DNA from: an uncultured bacterium
Lineage (GTDB): Bacteria > Abyssobacteria > SURF-5
Length of the DNA: 10,695 bases
Assembly (NCBI GenBank): GCA_964510165.1
Contig: CAZEBC010000139.1
Coordinates: 1-10,695, forward strand
Direction: 5' to 3'
This document shows, piece after piece, positions 1 to 6,580 of the stretch (its first letter is position 1; each line of letters starts with the position of its first letter). A program made the position numbers and the translations under genes. The notes under the pieces are model-generated. The model was not told the DNA's origin. It searched no databases and saw nothing but the letters and a program-made list of their open reading frames with translations.

Positions 1-527
1 CCGGGAAAATGCTTGGCGGCGGCGAGGATGCCGTTTTGTTGGATACCGCGTATCATAGCGGCGCCGAGCCGTGCGGCGAGCGTGGGGTCGGAGCCAAACG
101 CGCGCGCGCCGACGCCGGGATTATACGGGTTGGAGTTGATATCGAGGACCGGTGCGAAGTTCACGTTGATTCCGAGCGAGGCGAGTTCCGCTCCGGTAAC
201 GTCACCCACCTGACGGGCAAGGTCATCTGAGCCGATTGCGCCGAGGGCCATATTGCCGGGAAACACCGTGACGCCGTCGGTGATTCTGGCGACACAGCCA
301 CCCTCCTGGTCAATAGCGATGAAGAGGGGCGAGTCGTTCACCTCCCGCCGGAATTGCTGCAGTTGTTCGCACATCTCCTTGAGGTGGGCGGCGCTTCGAA
401 TATTTCTTGAAAAGAGTATGATGCCGCCGACGTGATACCGTTTGATGAGGTCGCTTGCGGCTTTCGGGTCGGTTCCGTAGAATCCGACCATGAACATCTC
501 GCCGACTTTTTCGATCAAGCTCGACAT
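1..527 (-). CDS. nagZ: Glycoside hydrolase family 3 beta-N-acetylglucosaminidase (NagZ-like); partial, 3' end runs off the window
   Basis: Not in the ORF track. Manual translation from ATG at 527 gives MSSLIEKVGEMFMVGFYGTDPKAASDLIKRYHVGGIILFSRNIRSAAHLKEMCEQLQQFRREVNDSPLFIAIDQEGGCVARITDGVTVFPGNMALGAIGSDDLARQVGDVTGAELASLGINVNFAPVLDINSNPYNPGVGARAFGSDPTLAARLGAAMIRGIQQNGILAAAKHFPG. It has the GH3 motifs GGIILFxRN, DQEGG, FAPVLD, RAFG and KHFPG. No signal peptide. An SD-like GAAGGA lies in the last codons of the upstream gene. Confidence 0.93.
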   Translation of the reverse strand, partial: MSSLIEKVGEMFMVGFYGTDPKAASDLIKRYHVGGIILFSRNIRSAAHLKEMCEQLQQFRREVNDSPLFIAIDQEGGCVARITDGVTVFPGNMALGAIGSDDLARQVGDVTGAELASLGINVNFAPVLDINSNPYNPGVGARAFGSDPTLAARLGAAMIRGIQQNGILAAAKHFP

Positions 528-533
528 CGAGAA

Positions 534-1679
534 CTATCCTTCATATAAGAAGTACTGTTGCCTGAGTTTTTCGAATTCCGCGAGCGGGCGCTTCCACTCT
601 TCGAAAATCGCTTTGGGAGGAAGGCCGCCGCACAGTGCGCGTCTCAGGGAATCGGAGCCTGAAAGCGCATCGAAATGGGCCCCGTTCCATTCAAGCTCGC
701 GATGTCGGGCGGCGATGAGCGAAAGCAATGCCACCGCGAACGCGATCGGGTCCGCCGTCTCCCTGTCGACAGTGGTTATTGCCAGGCCGGTGCATTCAGT
801 TCCTGCATATTTTGATGATTTGGGAACAAAACGCTGGGGTGTCAGCGCGAAGCCCGCGGTCCATTGTTGGTCGAGCCGGGTGATAAGCGTCGGGTCCAGC
901 CAAGGCGCGCCGAGCAGCCGGAACGGCGAGGCTGTGCCGCGCCCTTCCGAGAGGTTCACGCCCTCGAACAGGCATGTTCCGGTATAGCAGAGGGCGGTCT
1001 CCGGGGTGAGAATCGCGGGCGAGGGGGGCAGCCACTCAAGTCCCGTGTCCGTGAACCATAGCCGTCTTCGCCAGCCTTGCATCCTTATGACGGCCAGGTT
1101 CGCGCCTATCTCGAAACGTTGATTAAAAAGGAGCGCCAGTTCTCCTGTGGTCAGTCCGTGCCGCAACGGGATGGGATACATTCCCACGAAGGAGGCGAAT
1201 CGGGTATCCAGCACAGGCCCCTGCAGGGCCACGCCTCCGAGCGGGTTTGGACGATCGAGCACGACAAACAGCTTGCCAAACAGCGCGGCCGCCTGCATTG
1301 CGAGCGCCATCGTCCAGATATATGTGTAGCACCGTGTGCCGATGTCCTGGAGGTCGAACACGAGGGCGTCAATATCGCGCAGCATCAGAGGAGTTGGCTG
1401 ACGGGTCTCGCCGTACAGGCTCATGACGGTCAGCCCCGTGGCGGGTTCGATTGAATCGGAAATCTTCTCGCCTGCCGAGAATGTGGCGCTGAAGCCGTGC
1501 TCGGGCGTGAAGATGCAGCGCAGGTCAACGCCCGCGCGCAATAGGAGCGAGGCCGTCGGCGTTCCATGCTCGTCGGCGCTGGCGGCATTGGCTATCAAGC
1601 CCGCGCGCGCGCCTTCAAGGATGTCGAGTTCCGATTCGAGGAGGCGCGTGACGCCGAGCTTGATGGATTGCTTAGTCAT
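534..1679 (-). CDS. namZ: Exo-beta-N-acetylmuramidase NamZ / DUF1343 (YbbC) family, 381 aa
   Basis: Family motifs FTPEHGF, SLYG, FDLQDIGTRCYTY, LDRPNPLGG, PLRHGLTTGELA, PPSP and SEGRGT..PF..LGAPW. I placed the start at ATG 1679 (MTKQSIKLGV), which overlaps the SpoIID stop by 8 bp. The track's start at 1805 lies deep inside the SpoIID gene. No hydrophobic signal peptide. Confidence 0.92.
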   Translation of the reverse strand: MTKQSIKLGVTRLLESELDILEGARAGLIANAASADEHGTPTASLLLRAGVDLRCIFTPEHGFSATFSAGEKISDSIEPATGLTVMSLYGETRQPTPLMLRDIDALVFDLQDIGTRCYTYIWTMALAMQAAALFGKLFVVLDRPNPLGGVALQGPVLDTRFASFVGMYPIPLRHGLTTGELALLFNQRFEIGANLAVIRMQGWRRRLWFTDTGLEWLPPSPAILTPETALCYTGTCLFEGVNLSEGRGTASPFRLLGAPWLDPTLITRLDQQWTAGFALTPQRFVPKSSKYAGTECTGLAITTVDRETADPIAFAVALLSLIAARHRELEWNGAHFDALSGSDSLRRALCGGLPPKAIFEEWKRPLAEFEKLRQQYFLYEG

Positions 1680-3495
1680 ACAATTGCTTGACCTCGGCCC
1701 CTGAGAAATAGTGTTTGAGGATTTCAAGCGCCTTGTAGTCGCGGAGCGCCATTCCCTCGGCGCCAGCCTGGCACAAGCCGACGCCGTGACCCCATCCGCC
1801 GCCATAGAACGTGAAGGAGGTTGGTCTTCCCGCGGAATCGCGGGGTATCTCGATGATGAACATCGAGCTTTTCAGTCCGCCGAGCGCGCGCCTTATCTGG
1901 AGTTCCTTATTAATTACCGCGACATCGCGGCTGCCGGTAATCTTTATCTGCAGGGCGCGGCCCGATTTCCCTCTGCGGAGAATCTTGATATCCTTTACAG
2001 AGCCGACGCTGCGGTGCCTATTCACCACAGCATCCATTTCCTTTGGCGAGTATCTGACTCTCCAACGGAAATTGTTCTGGTTGCCGACGCGCGGGTCGGA
2101 GCAATAGGCGCGGGGAGTTCGTTTGAGCCACAGATCAAGCTGCGAACTGGGAAGCGGGAAATGGAATGAGTCGGGATTCGAATAGAGGTCCGAGACTCCG
2201 CGGAGCGCCCGATTTGGGCTGGAACTCCATACATCTTCGTTGTTCTCGGTATGGCCGCCGCAATTGGCGGAGTATACGGCCTCGATGAGCGAGCCGTTGT
2301 ACATGAGCACCTGGCCACGAGTGGCATTGACGGCGGCATCGGTTCTGGTCGTACGCCGGGTAAGCCCGCCAAACTCCTGGCAATGCTGCGAGGCGCAGAA
2401 GTCGAATGGGTCATAGAGGTGCTGTATTCCGAGCTTTGCCAGGGCCTCGGTACGTGCGGCGATGGCCTGGGCCTTCAGCGCTTCGTCGGGAGCGGTGAGC
2501 CTAATTTCAACCGGCACTATCCCTTTGACGTATTCTTCCAGGGCAAGCTTGTTAATTGCGGCCAGTTTTCCCTTCTGGTCGACTATTATCTCTATGGGTC
2601 CTGAGAAAATCCGGTCCTCGTTGTTGCTCGATCCCCAGAAGCCGGCGCCGAATGGCACATCCAGAATCTTTATGGGAGAGCCGCTCGTAACGGTGACGTG
2701 CGAATTGGCGTAGGCGCGAGGATTGCCGTTCCCGTCGACCAGCTCGATGTTTCCCCTCGGGTTGAGAACGCTTTCATCAATGACCCAGCATGACGCTCCG
2801 CGCCGGAACAGTTTGTCGCGGAACTCCTCGGCGGCCCTTCTGTCCTTAAACATCCCAAGCGCCACCCAATAGAGCGTGGTGTCGGCAATCGAGCCGTCAG
2901 CTTGCACCAGGGGCCCGCCTGCCCTTATGAGCCGAACGGTATAACCTTCGTTCTTCCACTTTTCGGCCGATTTGAGCGCCCGGTCGTATTCCTCTCCCTT
3001 GAAGGTCGCCACGCCGACGGCGTACCGGTGCACCGAGACCCGCGCGCTTCTTGGCCTGAACGTGATGTGCGAATTCGGCTCCACCTTCATGACATTTTGG
3101 CCGAAGCTCAAGGCCAGCCCGCGGTCACCCTTGACGGTGATTGCCGAGGCGTCACCCAAAATTCGCACCCTGAGGATAGGCTCGACGTATGCCTTGCGCG
3201 GCTCGACCTTTCTCGGTTCGATCACCGGAACGGTTGGCTTGGGTTTAGGTTCGGGCTGCGGCGGCAGTTTCGGCGTTTCTACCGCCGAAGTCGGCGGCAC
3301 AAGGCTGTGCTCGAGAGTCGGCTCAATCTGTGCGATCTCCTGGTTTGCGGTCGGAATGGCATAGATATCCTCCGACACTGTGATCGGTTCGGTTTCAGGC
3401 AGGATAGCTTGTTGCAGTTCTTGCCTCGCGCAACACACTATGAAGAGAAGGCTGGCTAATGAAACTGTCAATGAAAAGAAACCATTGCGAATCAA
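1672..3495 (-). CDS. SpoIID/LytB-domain lytic transglycosylase with N-terminal signal/anchor, Pro-rich linker and SPOR-like domain, 607 aa
   Basis: SpoIID motifs LEEYVKGIVPVE (putative catalytic E330), EALKAQAIAART, CASQHCQ, AVNATRGQVL, YSANCGGHTE, GWGHGVGLCQAGA and EILKHYF. Hydrophobic N-terminus ending LLFIVCC (possible lipobox). TTG start preceded by AAGGAG with a 7-nt spacer. Confidence 0.92.
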   Translation of the reverse strand: MIRNGFFSLTVSLASLLFIVCCARQELQQAILPETEPITVSEDIYAIPTANQEIAQIEPTLEHSLVPPTSAVETPKLPPQPEPKPKPTVPVIEPRKVEPRKAYVEPILRVRILGDASAITVKGDRGLALSFGQNVMKVEPNSHITFRPRSARVSVHRYAVGVATFKGEEYDRALKSAEKWKNEGYTVRLIRAGGPLVQADGSIADTTLYWVALGMFKDRRAAEEFRDKLFRRGASCWVIDESVLNPRGNIELVDGNGNPRAYANSHVTVTSGSPIKILDVPFGAGFWGSSNNEDRIFSGPIEIIVDQKGKLAAINKLALEEYVKGIVPVEIRLTAPDEALKAQAIAARTEALAKLGIQHLYDPFDFCASQHCQEFGGLTRRTTRTDAAVNATRGQVLMYNGSLIEAVYSANCGGHTENNEDVWSSSPNRALRGVSDLYSNPDSFHFPLPSSQLDLWLKRTPRAYCSDPRVGNQNNFRWRVRYSPKEMDAVVNRHRSVGSVKDIKILRRGKSGRALQIKITGSRDVAVINKELQIRRALGGLKSSMFIIEIPRDSAGRPTSFTFYGGGWGHGVGLCQAGAEGMALRDYKALEILKHYFSGAEVKQLYD

Positions 3496-3502
3496 TTGAA
3501 CA

Positions 3503-3508
3503 CTCCTT
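3503..3508 (-). promoter_or_regulatory. Shine-Dalgarno site (AAGGAG) for the TTG-initiated SpoIID gene
   Basis: The minus strand reads acAAGGAGtgttcaaTTG in the 16-bp gap between the permease stop (3512) and the TTG at 3495. Confidence 0.7.
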
Positions 3509-3511
3509 GTT

Positions 3512-4315
3512 TCACCCCTTTAGTGCGCCTGCTCGTACTCCTCGCACGAACATCTGTTGGAACAATAGGAACACCCCGAACATGGGCAGCGACGCGACGA
3601 CTGCGCCCGCCATTAACAAGCCGTAATCGAGCGCGTGTTTATCCTGCAATGTGGAAAGACCCACCGTGAGCGTATAGGACTCGGCGCTGTTGAGCACCAG
3701 CAGTGGCCAGAGGAACGAATTCCAATTCGAAATGAAGAGGAAGACGGCGAGCACCCCGAGCGCGGGCGCGGAAACAGGCAGAATGATCCGTTGAAAAATC
3801 TGAAACTCGGTGCACCCGTCTATCCGGGCGGCTTCCTCAAGGGTGGTCGGTATCGTCACCATGTATTGTCGCATGAAGAAGATTCCGAACGGGCCGGCCA
3901 GCCCGGGCAATATGGCGGCCCACAATGTATCCACGAGGTGGAGCCTCACCATCATGATATACAGCGGGACTATAAGGATATGAACCGGGATCATCAAGGT
4001 TCCCATCATCAGCCAGAAGAGCGGGGTGCGGCCAGGGAACCGCTTTCGCGCGAAGGCATAGCCGGCCATGCTGTCGAAAAGAAGCTGGCCGAGTGTGATG
4101 ACGGCGCAAATGACGAATGAGTTCAGCGTCCATCGCGCTATGGGAGCGTTCAGGAGCAGGTTCGCGTAGTTTGCGGTTGTCAAATGGGGGCTGATCACTG
4201 ACTGAAAGACCTCGAAGTCCTCAGCCGGCCAGAACGAGGTGTATCCCATCCAGAGCATGGGAAAGACGGAGATCATGGCTCCGAGCGTCAGAATGCCCAT
4301 TCTCACGTGTCTCAT
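3512..4315 (-). CDS. Carbohydrate ABC transporter permease (CUT1, MalG-like), 267 aa
   Basis: About six hydrophobic segments, the EAA loop IPTTLEEAARIDGC, and the motifs NS...SMAGYAFAR, WNSFLWPL and FLLFQQMFVRGVRAGALKG. Confidence 0.95.
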   Translation of the reverse strand: MRHVRMGILTLGAMISVFPMLWMGYTSFWPAEDFEVFQSVISPHLTTANYANLLLNAPIARWTLNSFVICAVITLGQLLFDSMAGYAFARKRFPGRTPLFWLMMGTLMIPVHILIVPLYIMMVRLHLVDTLWAAILPGLAGPFGIFFMRQYMVTIPTTLEEAARIDGCTEFQIFQRIILPVSAPALGVLAVFLFISNWNSFLWPLLVLNSAESYTLTVGLSTLQDKHALDYGLLMAGAVVASLPMFGVFLLFQQMFVRGVRAGALKG

Positions 4316-4330
4316 AGTATCTTTGCCAGG

Positions 4331-6580
4331 TCAATATTCGACCTCGGACCTGAAGAACCTGTATTGCAAAGCCGATGCCAATGCGATGACGCCCAATAAG
4401 AGGAACGACATGGCGGATGCCAGCCCGAAATCGAAGTCTCTGATCGCCGTTGTATAAATCCTGTGGGCGATAACCTCGGTCGCGTATCCCGGCCCGCCGT
4501 CTGTGAGGATGAATACCTGTGTGAACACCTGGAACGATGCGATAGTTATTGTCAGCGCGATGAACAGTGTAGTCGGCCTCAGGAGAGGAACACTGACGTG
4601 CCACCACTTCTTCAGCGACCCGGCCCCATCCATTTCGGCGGCATCGTACAGAGACTTCGGTATTGCATCGAGCGCGGCGAGGTAGATGAGTATTGGTCCG
4701 CCGGGCGGCCTGGCGATGCTTGTCAGTATCACGCTCCACAAAGCCACATGCGGGCTGGTCAGCCATCTGACCCCCGGGAGGCCGAAAAAGCCAAGCGATT
4801 GATTGAGCAGGCCGAAGTCTTCATTGAACATCCAGCGCCAGACCATTGCAATGACGACAACGGAAGCCACGCCGGGCAGGTAGTAGGCACCCCGAAAGAA
4901 CGCTCTCGCCCGCTCCGAAAGCGGATATATGAGGCTGGCGACCACGAGAGCCGAAAGCGTGCTTGCGGGCACGACCACAACTGTGTATACGATCGTATTC
5001 AGGGAGGCCCGAAGAAATGCCGCGTCATGAAAGACTGCGCGCATGTTCCCGAGGCCGGTCCATGTTCCACTTCCGTCCGCGATGGAGTATTTTTGAAACG
5101 AAAGCGCCGTCACCCATGCCAGTGGAAACAGCAGGAACACCGCGAAGATTGCCAAGGCTGGCAAGAGGAATCCAAAGGCGGAGGCCGCGTTCGCGCCTTT
5201 TCGCCGAGCGAAGAATAGCATTGCGGGGGTGGATACCGCTGCGACAACAAGCACCGTCAGGACTAACATGAGGATTCGGTTGGTTTTCACCGCCTTGCTC
5301 TCTCCACCGGTCCTCGCTCTTGTGTTCAGGGTTTGTCGTGCGTGTGCAATCGCGTCGGACAACGCGGCCTGCGCCGGTTTTTCACCCAGCAGAGCCAATT
5401 GAAATGCGCGCTGCAAGTCCTCGTCTATCTTTGACCATTCAGGATGTTGGGGAACGGTTTGGCCTCGCTCGATTATTGCCTGAGTCTCCGCCATGGGCCG
5501 GTCATCCTCATAGATGTTGCCAGCCGATGTCCTCGATGGGAACACGCCATATTGCGCGAGGTCTTTTTGGGCCTCGGGCCGGACCAAGAACCTGGCAAAG
5601 TCCATGCAGAGTGAGCGTTTCGCTTCGTCCTGCTGTTTCAGCACGAAAATGCCGGAGACGCCGATGAAGGCCCGCCTCGGGGCTGAGAGAGGAGAGTCAA
5701 TTGAGGGAAACGGAAGGACGGCGAAATTGAAATCGCCCATCGAGCGCAATTTCGGGATCGCCCATACACCCCATGGCGCCATGGCGATCTCACGCCTGTG
5801 CGCGAACCGCTGCCACAGGGCCTCCGTGTCCCACGCGGCGCACTGGATGGGCGAAACACTGCTCTTATGGATGAGGCCGTGGAGGAAAGCGATTCCGGCG
5901 GCGGGTTCGGCCTCTTCCTTGAAGGTGACGCCGTTCGCAAAGAGGAACGGCCACACGGCGGTGTCGCCGGGCCTTATGAGAAAGCCGAAGCCATGGATAT
6001 CCGGGACTCCATCTCCATTAATGTCACGCGTCAGCTTTCGCGCGCAGTCAAGGAACTCGGCGGTGGTCCAATTGTGGCCGGGAAGCGCGACATCGAGTTG
6101 CCTAAACAAATCGAGGTTGAGGAACATGGCGTTTCCTGTCAGGTACCACGGCCAGCCATACACCATGCCGTCGTACGTGAGCGCGTCAAGCGCGGGCGAG
6201 AGGAAATCGGCCCGTTCCTCCGCGTTCATGTAGTCGTCAATCGGCTCTACAAGGTTGCTCTCGACAAGCTGTACGGGTAGTGTGCCGGTGATAATGTCGG
6301 GGCCTACACCTGCGGATATGGCGATGCGCTTTTTGTCCTCGCCATGTTCCCAACTGAGTTCGGTGAGTTCGATGGAAACTCCGGGATGATTGCGTTCAAA
6401 ATCGGCCGCCTGTTGGCGCACCCAAAAAAACCTGTCGATTGAATCAGGCGTCTCGCGCCAACGCGGATATTCCCACAATTTGAGCGAGAGCGGTTTCTGC
6501 TGAGGTCCACAACCGGTAAGGATTGGTAGAGAGATAAGGAGAATCGCAAGGAACTTGCACGAAATGGTTGAAGTCAGCAT
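4331..6580 (-). CDS. Fused carbohydrate ABC substrate-binding lipoprotein plus MalF-like permease, about 749 aa
   Basis: Lipobox LTG-C24. Sugar-binding-protein features include FERNHPGVSIEL, GVGPDI, YDGMVYGWPW, W..AEFLDCARKLT.D.NGDG and FLVRPEAQ. These are followed by hydrophobic helices with FLLPAL, YLPGV.SVVV.AMVWRWMFN..FGLLN, the EAA loop IPKSLYDAAEMDGA, SFQVF and LTDGGP. Start is ATG 6580 (TGATG overlap with the upstream stop) or TTG 6583. Confidence 0.92.
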   Translation of the reverse strand: MLTSTISCKFLAILLISLPILTGCGPQQKPLSLKLWEYPRWRETPDSIDRFFWVRQQAADFERNHPGVSIELTELSWEHGEDKKRIAISAGVGPDIITGTLPVQLVESNLVEPIDDYMNAEERADFLSPALDALTYDGMVYGWPWYLTGNAMFLNLDLFRQLDVALPGHNWTTAEFLDCARKLTRDINGDGVPDIHGFGFLIRPGDTAVWPFLFANGVTFKEEAEPAAGIAFLHGLIHKSSVSPIQCAAWDTEALWQRFAHRREIAMAPWGVWAIPKLRSMGDFNFAVLPFPSIDSPLSAPRRAFIGVSGIFVLKQQDEAKRSLCMDFARFLVRPEAQKDLAQYGVFPSRTSAGNIYEDDRPMAETQAIIERGQTVPQHPEWSKIDEDLQRAFQLALLGEKPAQAALSDAIAHARQTLNTRARTGGESKAVKTNRILMLVLTVLVVAAVSTPAMLFFARRKGANAASAFGFLLPALAIFAVFLLFPLAWVTALSFQKYSIADGSGTWTGLGNMRAVFHDAAFLRASLNTIVYTVVVVPASTLSALVVASLIYPLSERARAFFRGAYYLPGVASVVVIAMVWRWMFNEDFGLLNQSLGFFGLPGVRWLTSPHVALWSVILTSIARPPGGPILIYLAALDAIPKSLYDAAEMDGAGSLKKWWHVSVPLLRPTTLFIALTITIASFQVFTQVFILTDGGPGYATEVIAHRIYTTAIRDFDFGLASAMSFLLLGVIALASALQYRFFRSEVEY

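Noticed and set aside
99-109. Alternating CG run
   Set aside because: It encodes part of the GARAFG motif of NagZ and is unremarkable in GC-rich coding DNA.
1680-1805. N-terminal extension of NamZ to the ATG at 1805 (423-aa ORF in the track)
   Set aside because: It overlaps the conserved SpoIID C-terminus (GWGHGVG...HYF) out of frame and has no signal-peptide or family character. ATG 1679 fits better.
1672-3495. Reading the SpoIID domain as evidence of sporulation
   Set aside because: SpoIID/LytB domains are widespread in non-sporulating bacteria. No other sporulation genes are present and the context is wall recycling.
6424-6430. A7 homopolymer near the 5' end of the transporter fusion as a phase-variation tract
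   Set aside because: It is short, in frame and explained by Phe-Phe-Trp codons. There is no evidence of slippage.
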